The notes below the pieces were generated by a model. It saw only the letters and a program-made list of their open reading frames with translations, was not told where the DNA came from and did not search any database. This document shows, in pieces, positions 1 through 10,025 of a DNA stretch of 64,000 bases; the stretch's first letter is position 1, and the number at the start of each line of letters is the position of its first letter. Source of the stretch: Candidatus Latescibacterota bacterium (lineage in GTDB: Bacteria; Latescibacterota; CBDEFO01); NCBI GenBank assembly GCA_965248755.1, contig OZ252149.1:2208001-2272000 (forward strand), in the 5' to 3' direction. The translations under genes were made by a program, and so were the position numbers.

Positions 1-462
1 CACGATCATTGGGTTGACCCCGAGGAGATAGCAGCGAGTTTGGAAAGATCAGGTGTCCGTATTCTGAGGAATGAAGCGGAGGTCTTGGATATTAAGGGGA
101 ATAGGATCAATATAATAGGCGTGGACAACAGGACGAGAAGAGTGGACGATGAGATGGATACAGCTCTTAGGAGGGCTTCTCACGAAGATCCCAAGATCTT
201 GCTCTGCCACAAGCCCTGGTATTTCCCTTATGCGGTCCAAAGGGGGATCGACCTGACCTTATCGGGGCACGTACACGGCGGTCAGGTCGTGCTTGAGTTT
301 CTGGGTCTGAAGTGGTGTCCTGCGATGCTGGTTACAGAATATATAGAAGGGCTATACAGGAAGGGAAAGAGTCATCTTTATCTTTCAAGAGGAGTGGGCG
401 TGACGTGCACTCCGGTCAGGCTGAACTGCCCCCCTGAGATTGCGCTTATAAGGTTAGTGTAG
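1..462 (+). CDS. Metallophosphoesterase (YkuE/calcineurin-like), 5'-truncated by window edge
   Basis: Frame is open from base 1 (HDHWVDPE.., end of GNHD motif). Motifs LLCHKP, DLTLSGHVHGGQ, LYLSRGVG, RLNCPPEI. Confidence 0.9.
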   Translation, partial: HDHWVDPEEIAASLERSGVRILRNEAEVLDIKGNRINIIGVDNRTRRVDDEMDTALRRASHEDPKILLCHKPWYFPYAVQRGIDLTLSGHVHGGQVVLEFLGLKWCPAMLVTEYIEGLYRKGKSHLYLSRGVGVTCTPVRLNCPPEIALIRLV

Positions 463-468
463 TGCTAA

Positions 469-1214
469 ATGAGAAGATTAGCGTTTTTCGTAGCAGCGCA
501 GTTGTGGGTAGCAAATATGACGTGGGGACAAGACTATAACCCTGAGGATTTCCTGCCCTTGGCGGTGGGGAATAGTTGGACCTATAGTCACAGCTACTTC
601 AATGATCTCGATTTGATCAAGCCTGAGATCGATCCCATACCGGACTCACTGAGGGTTGCACTTACTGAGGTAACGATCACAATTACACATACCGAAGAGA
701 TTGACGGGCACACCTATTATGTGTTCAGTGACCTGGGGTATGACTTTCCGCGGGCGCCCTATTTCTTTCTAGCAGGCAAGAAGGTTCGGTTTGCTGAGGA
801 TGGTCGTCCGATGGAGCGCTCGCAGGATACCGAGCTCTCTCTCTATAATTTTAGCCCTGACATCGAGGGGCTCTATGCTATTCCAGAACATAACGGCGAC
901 ACTATGGTAAGAAGATCCATTGAAATTTTCGCTGTTCCTTTTATATCTTTTATTTTTTTAGGCCACGAACAAGCGTACGACCAAAGAGATGCAAATTTTA
1001 TCCAATTCTTTGGCATGAGACGATCTCCCGTAGCATTTATTCTTTCAGACGTCCCTTCTTTAAAGAATGACCTGAGAGCATTGTACGCAATCATTGACCG
1101 TAAGCGTATCGAAGAACAGGATCGATTCGCCCCTCGGCTGTGTCATCTCACACCTGGGGTCATATAAAGCAGCAAATTTTCCTCAATTTAGCAATCCAAG
1201 GGAGAATACCTTAA
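469..1214 (+). CDS. Secreted hypothetical protein, probably frameshifted near 3' end (ORF stops at 1167; alternative-frame tail to 1214)
   Basis: Signal peptide and FLPLAVGNSWTY motif. Shifted frame 1131-1214 reads PSAVSSHTWGHIKQQ. Confidence 0.6.
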
Positions 1215-1256
1215 ACGACACTATATCCCCTTACAGGTAGTATCCCATATCTCTTC

Positions 1257-1292
1257 AGCCGCCTTTTAACCTTCCAAAGGCGGTTTCTTATT
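1257..1292 (+). terminator. Rho-independent terminator
   Basis: AGCCGCCTTT...AAAGGCGGTT stem followed by T-rich tract. Confidence 0.65.
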
Positions 1293-1305
1293 GTCTTTTT
1301 TAGAT

Positions 1306-1337
1306 TTGACATATGTCCTTGATTTCACTAATATAAT
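1306..1337 (+). promoter_or_regulatory. Sigma70-type promoter for the S8 protease
   Basis: TTGACA at 1306-1311, 17 bp, TAATAT (overlapping TATAAT 1332-1337). AGGAG RBS before ATG 1374. Confidence 0.65.
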
Positions 1338-1373
1338 AGAGATTTAACAGGGTGTCTTGAAGATAGGAGCAAT

Positions 1374-4300
1374 ATGAGAGATATAGCGATAAGGATCATA
1401 CTGTTAGCTCTTGCAGCTCAGACGCTCGTCTGTGGATTCATATCGTTAGCACTATCTGATGAAGTCTTGGAGGCTATAGCAGAGGGCTACGCTCCGGGTG
1501 AACTGATTGTGAAGCTCAAGGCGGGAAGTGCCAAGATGTCGTCCCAGGCGGCAGTGGAGTGGGACAGCATGTCTGAGAAATTCAAAGTGTTCTCTCAGGA
1601 GGAACTCTTCCCGCGCTATGGAAGCGGGAAAGGGATCGGCAAACCTGTAGTGGGAGGATTGGACTATATATATAAGCTGAGGATGGATGTGTCATCTGAT
1701 GTTGAAGATGCCATAGAGGAATATGAGAGTCAAAGCTATGTCGAATACGCTCAGCCCAACTATCTGAATCGCTATCACACAGCTCCTAAAGATCCAAAAT
1801 ATAAGGATCAGTGGGGCTTGAGAGCTATCGGCTGGGAGAAAGCGAGGGGGAAATTCTCAAGAGGCGGAGGCGTGATCATAGCAATAGTAGACTCAGGCGT
1901 GGATTACAATCACGAGGACCTGAAAGATAATATATGGATTAACCTCGAAGAGGCATCAGGAAGTGAGGGCGTTGACGACGACGGGAACGGATATGTAGAT
2001 GACATAAGGGGATGGGACTTCACTGACGCCCCTACACTTCCGGGAGTAGGCGACTACTTGGAGCCAGACAACGATCCGATGGACGAGTCGGGCCACGGGA
2101 CGCACGTGGCAGGGATAGCTGGAGCTGTGGCGGACAATAATCTGGGGATAGCGGGGGTCTGCCCAGATTGCAAGATTATGGCGTTGAGAGCGGGACTGAA
2201 CCTGAGCCTGGGAGCCTTCCTTGAGGACGACGATGTAGCCTCAGCCATAGTCTATGCGGCAGATAATGGAGCAGATGTGATAAACATGAGCTGGGGAGAC
2301 CCCAGGCCCTCTCCTCTTATGAGGGACGTTATAGAGTACGCATATCAGTTGGGCGTAGTATTAGTAGCATCTGCCGGGAATGAAGCTGCGGAGGGTCTCT
2401 TCTATCCAGCGGGGTTCGACAAGACTATAGCTGTAGGGGCGATCGATGTGAGGAGCCAAGTGGCTTCCTTTTCCAATTTTGGATGGAACTTAGATGTAGT
2501 CGCCCCGGGGGTTGCGATCATCAGCGCGGGTCTGGGAGGAGGATACGTTCTGCTTTCCGGAACATCAATGGCGGCTCCTTTTGTATCGGGCCTGGCGGGA
2601 CTTTTGCTTAGCCAGGATCCCGGGCTTTCGCCGGAGGAGCTGCGGATGGCCGTAGCTTCGTCTGCGCTCGATATTCAGTCCCCGATAGATTCAATCGGGG
2701 AGGTATGGGACGCCCGCTCAGGATCGGGGGCAATAGATGTCGAAAAGGCACTTTCCCAGAATTCTCCATTTACAGTTCGAATATCCAAGCCAGAGACTGG
2801 AGGAGGAGCAGACTTGGGCGCGGCCATAGTGGGGACAGTACTGGGAGAAGGCGTCGCTTCTTACGAGGTAAGCTGGGGCAGGGGAAGCGATCCGAAAAGC
2901 TGGAATAAATTGTTCGAAGCTCCGGGAACGACATCTCTGGAAGATACCCTGACCTTCTGGGATACGTCGAGGCTTGAAGGTTCACTCTATGTCGTGAGAT
3001 TGAGAGCGTTCCTAATAGATGGATCGGCAGTGGAGGACAGGATAGTCGTCAGGGTGGATCACAGTGCCCCGAAGATAAGGGATGTCTCCATAGCCAAAAG
3101 GTTGGACGGGAACAAATTTGCCTACTTTGTGGAATGGAGGACGGACGATCCGACGACTGGAACGCTGACATTAACTCGTAACGGACAATCGGGAGATCCA
3201 GAAATTGTGGGAGCGCCCAATCAGACCGATTTTCATTCCGTGAGGATACCCGATGAGATAGAACCTGGGGATTATTCCTTTTTTGTGTCTGCTCAGAACC
3301 CAGGAGGGCTTTTGTCCTCAAGTTCGAGGGGAACTGTGACCTTGGAAGGAGAAAATATCAGGCAGGGGGGATATTCACAAGCGTGGTCTCTGCCCGACGG
3401 ATATCTGTCTAACGGGACGTCGGACTTCGACAACGACGGGAATATGGAGATAGCACTGATGCCCTATACGGACAGCACGTACGACATTACAACAATCTAT
3501 GAGGTGCAGCCAGACGGGTCCATCGCCAAAGAATTTTCAAGCAGGAACCTCTTTCTTCCCTGGAACATAGGGGATATAGACAAAGACGGTAAGCTTGAGC
3601 TGATGGGCGTCGACTCTGCAAGGCTCAGGATATTTGAAGGAGATCGTACAAACTCCTTTCCGACGAGGAAGATATGGGAGGCAAAGGATATGTGGGGTGG
3701 AGAATTGGGCGATATAGACGGTGACGGACAGTATGAGATCATAGCTCGTTCCAACATAGAGAGAGCCTTAGTCGTCTTTGAAAGCGATGGGGACAATTCG
3801 TTCAAGACTGTGGGATCACTAACGAACTTTACGAGCGGCGAAAACCAGATCGGGCCGCGCTTTGTGCTGGGAGACTTCGATGGCGACGGAAAGGGAGAGA
3901 TCTTAGCGGGCGATTCGGACGGAGACGTGTACATATACGAAAGCAGAGGGGACGATCTGTTCAGAAAGACGTGGTCTGAGAGTGTCCCTCATTCTGACGC
4001 CAGGATCATCGGGGGAGGAAGCGATATAGATAAAGATGGGAAGATAGAGTTTATAGTCGGCAGGAGGTTCACAGATCCTTTCGATCCAAGAGGGAGCAGG
4101 TGGAGGATCTCCGTCTACCAATCTACCAAAGATGACAGCTACGAGGTCGAATGGCAGCAGGAGATATTGGGGGTTCAGTCTCCGGGAAATGGAATATCTA
4201 CCGGAGATTTTGACGGGGACGGAGAGGACGAGTTTGCAGTATGCGCACTTCCGAACCTCTATCTATTCGATAGTAAGGCCCCTGACAGCTACAGTCCTGT

Positions 4301-5585
4301 ATGGTACATAGATGTGGATCTGACGTTCCTCCCCGTTATCGGCGACCTCGACAGAGACGGTCTTCCAGAGGTGATGTTCAACAGGGACGGGGCTGTAAGG
4401 ATATACGAGATGGACGCTCCAAAAGGCGGAATCTCTCCGCCGGGGGGATTGATTGTCTCTGTGGTGGATTCCACAAGGGTTAGACTATCCTGGGAGGGAG
4501 GAAGCGGATCGTATAGAGTCTACAGAGGTAGAAACAGAGATGATCTGACTCTGATAGCGGACGGAGTCTCGGATTCCTTCTACATAGACGCTGGGCTTGT
4601 GACCGATGTCACATACTTTTACGCTATCTCGTCTTTAGATTCTATTGCGCCTCCCTCTGAGGGGCGATTGTCGGACATCATAGCTGGAGTGGCCAGTGCT
4701 GCGCCGAGGCTGATTTCGGCTAGCGCTATAACCAAAAACCATATCGAGGCGATCTTCAATGAACCTTTGGGACCTTCGGCCAAGTCACCCGGACACTACA
4801 ACGTATCAGATAAGATAGGATCTCCGAGTTCCGCTGTCTTAGATAGAGAGGGGATGAGAGTCGTCCTGGGATTTGAGAATCTAATTCCTCCAGATTCGGG
4901 CTACGTTTTGGAAGTCACGGGTGTAAGGGATCTGTTCGGCTCAGAGATAAAAGATCACAACACAGTCTCCTTCTCCGTCCTGAAAAGAGAGAATTCAACT
5001 GTACAGATTGCCTCTTTACAGACCCTCTCACGCACGAAAATAGAATTATCCTTCAGCGACAAGATAGATCCCCTTTCCAATAAAGTCTCTCTCTATTCGA
5101 TACGGAGTGGTCGCAGCACATCAGATGGGATACTGATAGAGTCAGCGGAGGTGGATTCTTCGGATAGAAGGAAAGTGATACTGACTCTAAGCCAGGATAC
5201 GCCCCTTCTATCTTACGGCCAGACATATGTGCTCTCGGTCGATAATCTAAAGGATGAATCGGGCAGGATCGTATCCGACGCTGAAACTATCAGGATGGCA
5301 GCCGGTGATATTAATAATGTAGTTGTTTTCCCAAATCCCTTCAGATTGCTGAGGGTCGGACGGTCCGAGCTCATATTCGGGAACTTAGCGCAGAGTGCGA
5401 CGGTCACAATATATACCTCGGACGGTTCCCTATTACGGACACTAATCGATCAGGAAGGAGACGGCGGAGCCGAATGGGATGGCAGAAATGAGAACGGAGA
5501 GACCGTCGGATCGGGTATATATCTATATATAGTAGAAGACAATGGGGACATAAGACGAGGTAAATTTGCAGTTGTCGGAGAATAA
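1374..5585 (+). CDS. Secreted subtilisin-like S8 serine peptidase with FG-GAP repeats, FN3/Ig-like domains and FlgD-Ig/T9SS-like C-terminal domain
   Basis: Catalytic triad IVDSG / HGTHVAG / GTSMAAP. Many GDxDGDG repeats. C-terminal VFPNPF...WDGRNENGETVGSGIYLY. Confidence 0.93.
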   Translation: MRDIAIRIILLALAAQTLVCGFISLALSDEVLEAIAEGYAPGELIVKLKAGSAKMSSQAAVEWDSMSEKFKVFSQEELFPRYGSGKGIGKPVVGGLDYIYKLRMDVSSDVEDAIEEYESQSYVEYAQPNYLNRYHTAPKDPKYKDQWGLRAIGWEKARGKFSRGGGVIIAIVDSGVDYNHEDLKDNIWINLEEASGSEGVDDDGNGYVDDIRGWDFTDAPTLPGVGDYLEPDNDPMDESGHGTHVAGIAGAVADNNLGIAGVCPDCKIMALRAGLNLSLGAFLEDDDVASAIVYAADNGADVINMSWGDPRPSPLMRDVIEYAYQLGVVLVASAGNEAAEGLFYPAGFDKTIAVGAIDVRSQVASFSNFGWNLDVVAPGVAIISAGLGGGYVLLSGTSMAAPFVSGLAGLLLSQDPGLSPEELRMAVASSALDIQSPIDSIGEVWDARSGSGAIDVEKALSQNSPFTVRISKPETGGGADLGAAIVGTVLGEGVASYEVSWGRGSDPKSWNKLFEAPGTTSLEDTLTFWDTSRLEGSLYVVRLRAFLIDGSAVEDRIVVRVDHSAPKIRDVSIAKRLDGNKFAYFVEWRTDDPTTGTLTLTRNGQSGDPEIVGAPNQTDFHSVRIPDEIEPGDYSFFVSAQNPGGLLSSSSRGTVTLEGENIRQGGYSQAWSLPDGYLSNGTSDFDNDGNMEIALMPYTDSTYDITTIYEVQPDGSIAKEFSSRNLFLPWNIGDIDKDGKLELMGVDSARLRIFEGDRTNSFPTRKIWEAKDMWGGELGDIDGDGQYEIIARSNIERALVVFESDGDNSFKTVGSLTNFTSGENQIGPRFVLGDFDGDGKGEILAGDSDGDVYIYESRGDDLFRKTWSESVPHSDARIIGGGSDIDKDGKIEFIVGRRFTDPFDPRGSRWRISVYQSTKDDSYEVEWQQEILGVQSPGNGISTGDFDGDGEDEFAVCALPNLYLFDSKAPDSYSPVWYIDVDLTFLPVIGDLDRDGLPEVMFNRDGAVRIYEMDAPKGGISPPGGLIVSVVDSTRVRLSWEGGSGSYRVYRGRNRDDLTLIADGVSDSFYIDAGLVTDVTYFYAISSLDSIAPPSEGRLSDIIAGVASAAPRLISASAITKNHIEAIFNEPLGPSAKSPGHYNVSDKIGSPSSAVLDREGMRVVLGFENLIPPDSGYVLEVTGVRDLFGSEIKDHNTVSFSVLKRENSTVQIASLQTLSRTKIELSFSDKIDPLSNKVSLYSIRSGRSTSDGILIESAEVDSSDRRKVILTLSQDTPLLSYGQTYVLSVDNLKDESGRIVSDAETIRMAAGDINNVVVFPNPFRLLRVGRSELIFGNLAQSATVTIYTSDGSLLRTLIDQEGDGGAEWDGRNENGETVGSGIYLYIVEDNGDIRRGKFAVVGE
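2680..2700. repeat. 21-bp palindromic element CCCCGATAGATTCAATCGGGG inside S8 CDS
   Basis: Exact reverse complement of the copy at 15460-15480. Encodes SPIDSIG in frame. Confidence 0.85.
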
Positions 5586-5610
5586 CAGTCAAAAAGTAGA
5601 ATTAGACAAT

Positions 5611-5643
5611 GAGATAGCCTCGCGGTTTGACACCTCGCAAGGA
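5611..5643. repeat. Degenerate GAGATTGC...CTCGCAATGAC-type palindromic repeat
   Basis: GAGATAGCCTCGCGGTTTGACACCTCGCAAGGA resembles copies at 15371 and 37951. Confidence 0.45.
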
Positions 5644-5834
5644 GTAAAGGTCAAAGCCAAGCAATCTGGTAGACATTAGACAGAGTAGACCTTCTCCTCC
5701 CTGTCTAAAGAGAAAAGGAGAAAGACTGTTCAGACAGAACGAACGATAGTCCACAGAGGCAGTGCGGCTTCTCTGCGCCAATGCTAGAACATCCAAGAGA
5801 TTTTAAGATCGAACGAAGACGAAAGAATAAAAGG

Positions 5835-6437
5835 GTGACAGAGGAAAAAAGATGTTCTTGGACAGGTAGTGATCCGTTAATGATTGAATATCACGATCTG
5901 GAGTGGGGGGTGCCTGTTCACGATGATAGGATGTTGTTTGAGATGATAACTTTAGAAGGGGCCCAAGCAGGCTTGACGTGGTCAACTATTCTTAAGAGAA
6001 GAGAAACTTATCGTAAAGCATTTGATAATTTTGATTCTGCTCTTGTTTCACAGTATACCGAGAGCCATGTTACACGATTACTACATGATAAAGGAATTAT
6101 TCGCAACAGGTTAAAAGTTCGCTCTGCAATTTGTAATGCTCAACTTTTCTTGGATATTCAAAAGCAATTTGGTGCTTTTGACAAATATATTTGGAAATTT
6201 GTCAACTATCAACCCATAAGAAATGAGTTCAAATCACTTTCGGACATACCTGATAAGACCGTGGAATCTGATGCCATGAGCAAAGACCTGAAAATGCGAG
6301 GTTTTAAATTCGTTGGGCCCACAATATGCTATGCGTTTATGCAATCAGTAGGCATGGCAAATGATCATGCTGTTGTTTGCTTCAGGTATGATGAGATAAA
6401 TGAACTGGTAGAGAATTCAAGAAACTGTAAGAAGTAA
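5835..6437 (+). CDS. tag: DNA-3-methyladenine glycosylase I
   Basis: RCSW, YHDLEWGVP, LEGAQAGLTW, IIRNRLK, GFKFVGPTICYAFMQSVG, NDH..C. GTG 5835 preferred over 5781. Confidence 0.95.
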   Translation: MTEEKRCSWTGSDPLMIEYHDLEWGVPVHDDRMLFEMITLEGAQAGLTWSTILKRRETYRKAFDNFDSALVSQYTESHVTRLLHDKGIIRNRLKVRSAICNAQLFLDIQKQFGAFDKYIWKFVNYQPIRNEFKSLSDIPDKTVESDAMSKDLKMRGFKFVGPTICYAFMQSVGMANDHAVVCFRYDEINELVENSRNCKK

Positions 6438-6481
6438 TGATAAAGTAGGAATTTACCTACAAAAGACACAGGAGAAACACC

Positions 6482-6910
6482 GTGGCAATAGAGGGAAAGA
6501 TAGCCAAAATAATCGACAGCAGGACGGTAATATTGAGCGTAGGATCTGAAAACGGGGTCAAAGACGGCATTGTCTTTGCCGTCCTCGACGAGGGAGATGA
6601 AGTAAAAGATCCCGATACTGGAGAGTCCCTGGGAAAGTGGGAGATCATCAAGGGGCAGGTAATGGTTACAAACACGCAGGAGAAGATGTGTACGGCTAAT
6701 CCTCCTCCCAGGGAAGCTACCGAGGAAAGTTCAGGCAGTTCGGGATGGCGTCCCTTGAGTTCTGTGATGATGGAGATCTCTAAGGGACCCCAAGGTGGAG
6801 CAGAGGGCGTAGAAGAACTTAGCGTTAATACTCAGGACATATCAGGAAGGCCCAAACTCAACCCTGTGGCTGTCGGGGACAGAGTCAAGAGCATGGGACA
6901 GGAGACGTAA
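6482..6910 (+). CDS. Hypothetical protein, FlgT C-terminal-like beta domain
   Basis: GKIAKII..VILSVGSENGVKDG..DPDTGESLG pattern. AGGAG RBS. Confidence 0.55.
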   Translation: MAIEGKIAKIIDSRTVILSVGSENGVKDGIVFAVLDEGDEVKDPDTGESLGKWEIIKGQVMVTNTQEKMCTANPPPREATEESSGSSGWRPLSSVMMEISKGPQGGAEGVEELSVNTQDISGRPKLNPVAVGDRVKSMGQET

Positions 6911-6990
6911 ACTCCGTGCGAAAGTTTACCCCAGAACTTTTACTGGGCAGGGATGTCCTGTCTATTGGGCGAGGCAACTTCGCCTCTACA

Positions 6991-7071
6991 TACTATTTAC
7001 TGTCTACTGCTCCTAAAACAGGGATGGGTAGGATTGCCCTGTCTACTGTCTACTGTCTACTGTCTGCTGTC
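6991..7071. repeat. Heptamer (CTACTGT)n tandem repeat
   Basis: CTGTCTACTGTCTACTGTCTACTGTCTGCTGTC. Overlaps the LptE signal-peptide codons. Confidence 0.8.
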
Positions 7072-7548
7072 CTTTGCGTCCTTTCAGGGTGCGGAATCTA
7101 TTCGATGTCCAGTTCTTCCTACGCTCACATCAAGACGGTGGCGGTGCCGCTCTTTGAGATCTCAGATGACCAGAGCGTTGAGTACGGTGTAATAGAACAG
7201 TTGACAGATGTGGTGATTGACGGCCTGGTGGATGATGGGAGTCTTAGGGTCGTAGACGAAGATAGAGCCGATTCGATAATACGGGGGGTAGTGCTGAGGA
7301 TAAAAGATGAGCCGTTTACCTACAGCGCAAGGGAAGAGGCTCAAAGTTTCAGGATTCGCATCTTTGCCCAGATCTCCTATTTTGACGAGAAGAAGGACAA
7401 AGTGCTCTGGGAGGAAGAGGTCCTGGAGGGATGGGGAACGTACAGCGCCGAGTCGGGTGATAGCCAAGATGAAAGGGAAGAGGGGAAATTGGCTGCTATG
7501 GAGATGTTAGCCAAGGATATCATAGACCGCACTGCCTCAGGCTGGTAA
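7024..7548 (+). CDS. lptE: LptE-family lipoprotein (LPS assembly)
   Basis: Lipobox LSGC, then IKTVAVPLF, ADSIIRG and C-terminal LAKDII..W. ATG 7024 gives a normal-length signal peptide. Confidence 0.7.
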   Translation: MGRIALSTVYCLLSAVLCVLSGCGIYSMSSSSYAHIKTVAVPLFEISDDQSVEYGVIEQLTDVVIDGLVDDGSLRVVDEDRADSIIRGVVLRIKDEPFTYSAREEAQSFRIRIFAQISYFDEKKDKVLWEEEVLEGWGTYSAESGDSQDEREEGKLAAMEMLAKDIIDRTASGW

Positions 7549-7577
7549 TTTGAAGAAATGACTTACGGCACAGGATT

Positions 7578-10025
7578 ATGAGGAAAGCTATAGAAAAAGC
7601 TGCTGACTTTATAACCAGAATTCCCTATCTGGAAAGAGAGGTGGTGCGACGTACACTCCGCGTGCCACCTCTCCGTGTGCGACCACTCCGTGACGGAGAT
7701 TTGTTCGAAATAGAGATTTCCCTGGAGGAGATGCTCACCTTCTCTCAGGCCAGAAAGAACGATTACGCCAGGTTCATCGACCTTGTGGTTAAGATTCTGG
7801 ATGAGGATCTCGGAGAACTGAGCTTGAAATGGGGAGAGGAATTTAAGAGAGATCTGTCTCTCCTCCACTTCAGGAATCGCCTGGAGTCTCTGCTGAGGCT
7901 GGATAGGAACTATGCCGAAGGCTCTATTCCTCTATATATGTGCAAGTCCAACGTGCACGATATAGGTGACAATTTAAGGCGCGAGGCGTATATAAAGCTC
8001 AGCAAGATAGAGGAGAGCTACAGGAGACTCGAAGACGACTCTTTCAAGAGAACGCTCGTCAACGAGTCGTTCATTATGCTCAAGAATCTGATTTCAGAGC
8101 GGAACGATTCTGCTTCTGATGAGTTCTTGGAGTTCAAAAGGCTTGTGGAGGACTTCCCGTTTGACAGAGATTATAAGATAATCTCTCGGGGGTCCTGGAG
8201 GAGAACTGCTGAAATATTGCGGGAATACGTAAGCAGGAGTTTCTCAAGATTAAGGGCGGTATATGAACGATTGGATCTGCACTACAAGCAGAAGATAGAT
8301 CAAATACGAGTGCCTGAGGTTGTAGCTTACATAGATTCTCAGACTTTTTCCTTTGATAAGGATTTGAAGGAGGAACTTAAGGAGCTTTCCTGGCTGGACG
8401 ATTCTGTGAACTTGCTCTATCCCGAGGGAGAAGGTGAGGATAAGTTGAAAAGGAAAGTTCAGTTGGTCTATAGCCTCATCCATTTCAACCGGCTGTCGTT
8501 TGAGGAGATAGATTTCTCCTCAGGAGAAATATCGTCCAACACGAAGGATTCGATAAAGTACCAATTTCCTCTACACATAAGGTACTTGGCCGAAGAGGGA
8601 CAGAACAGTTTAGATCACAAGTCGTCTAAAGTAGTCTTCAAGTTTTGCTGCAACGGCTGCTCAATAGAAGACGATGGGTTGGCAATGGAACCGCAGTTTC
8701 TGTTCGGGACATATCCGCTCTTTAACGAGTCGAAAAAACTGAACGAAAAAGGAGTGGTAACCAGCAGAGGACGTATGGGGATAGGCAGCAAAGCCAAGCT
8801 CGTTGAGGTGTTGGAGGGAGGAGGAGAGGTGATAGTCATTTCAAAATCGGAATGTCCACTGCAAGGAGATAAGACATACCGAAACAGATATTCTCTGAAG
8901 GATGGGGAGATGTTTATAGGGTTTTCCAAGGCTTCAAGGAAAAAAAGAGGTGTAACGGTGAAGGTGTTCTACGGCGATAGGAGCGAATACGGAGCTGTGA
9001 AAGGACTTGTATTCAAGGGGAACCGCCTTCCAGAATTAAACAGGAAAAGGGAGAACGTAGTTAAACTCTACCTTGAGAACATATCCAAGTCCGAGATGCA
9101 GGTCTACATCGGAAGGAAAAGGATCAACAAACAGAATCCTTACAGGTTCACAAGAGATACAAAGGTGTATCAAATAGGGACAGAAAGAGGTACAATTCAG
9201 GCGGGGATAGATTACCGGACGCAAAGAGACATGGGAGAATTCAGGGTTCTTTCGGGGGACATATTCTTTCATTCCGAGTCGAGACCCTTCAACCTTGTGG
9301 TAAACTATCCTGTTGTCCTGGACCCTGTGGAGGGAAGGGATCACTTCGTAAAGAGCGAAGCGGTGTCTTACTATAATTACAACCTGGTCAAAGGAGGAGT
9401 GATCCCTTATCTTGAGTATATCAGGGAAGAATTTTCCAAGAAGGAACAGCTCCGAAAGCTCGAATCGGTACTTTATAACTTCCTTCAGGATAGAGGTCTT
9501 TTTGAGGACTTCTACAGACTGGCCTCGAAGGAGGAGATAACAGGACTGTTGCGCCTGCACAAAAGCTACAGCGAACTTGATCAAAGGGGCGACATAGTAT
9601 CCTTCGACGCGGAGTTAGACAAGAACACATCACTCTTTTTGAAGGGGTGTTACCTTGTAGATGTAAGCCGTTTCCCGGGGATTGAGGTAAGCCCTCACCT
9701 TTTAGATATCGGTAGCTTCCTATATCAAAACGGGATAGATAGTGGATCGTCCACAACAGGAGGGTCAAAGAGTTCCCGATGGAACGGTTCGTTCAGCAAA
9801 TTCTTCAAAGAGGTGGAAGCTGGAGGCATTGAGGTCTTTCCAATAAATCATCTAAATGGAGATGCTCCACTGCCCTTTGTGCTGTGGACGATGAAGGGGA
9901 AAAAACAGCTGATAGTAAACTTAAATCACAGGGTCTTCCGGACTACTGATGACGGAATTTCGCTGGCGTATCTAAGAGGGACATACAAGATATTAAACGC
10001 AAGTAAGTCACAATGGATTTTATAG
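7578..10025 (+). CDS. Hsp90/GHKL-like ATPase domain protein of unknown function
   Basis: Bergerat-fold-like motifs AEEGQNSLD, IEDDGLAM, GRMGIGSK. C-terminal LIVNLNHRVF resembles the Hsp90 LNxxHP motif. Confidence 0.6.
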   Translation: MRKAIEKAADFITRIPYLEREVVRRTLRVPPLRVRPLRDGDLFEIEISLEEMLTFSQARKNDYARFIDLVVKILDEDLGELSLKWGEEFKRDLSLLHFRNRLESLLRLDRNYAEGSIPLYMCKSNVHDIGDNLRREAYIKLSKIEESYRRLEDDSFKRTLVNESFIMLKNLISERNDSASDEFLEFKRLVEDFPFDRDYKIISRGSWRRTAEILREYVSRSFSRLRAVYERLDLHYKQKIDQIRVPEVVAYIDSQTFSFDKDLKEELKELSWLDDSVNLLYPEGEGEDKLKRKVQLVYSLIHFNRLSFEEIDFSSGEISSNTKDSIKYQFPLHIRYLAEEGQNSLDHKSSKVVFKFCCNGCSIEDDGLAMEPQFLFGTYPLFNESKKLNEKGVVTSRGRMGIGSKAKLVEVLEGGGEVIVISKSECPLQGDKTYRNRYSLKDGEMFIGFSKASRKKRGVTVKVFYGDRSEYGAVKGLVFKGNRLPELNRKRENVVKLYLENISKSEMQVYIGRKRINKQNPYRFTRDTKVYQIGTERGTIQAGIDYRTQRDMGEFRVLSGDIFFHSESRPFNLVVNYPVVLDPVEGRDHFVKSEAVSYYNYNLVKGGVIPYLEYIREEFSKKEQLRKLESVLYNFLQDRGLFEDFYRLASKEEITGLLRLHKSYSELDQRGDIVSFDAELDKNTSLFLKGCYLVDVSRFPGIEVSPHLLDIGSFLYQNGIDSGSSTTGGSKSSRWNGSFSKFFKEVEAGGIEVFPINHLNGDAPLPFVLWTMKGKKQLIVNLNHRVFRTTDDGISLAYLRGTYKILNASKSQWIL

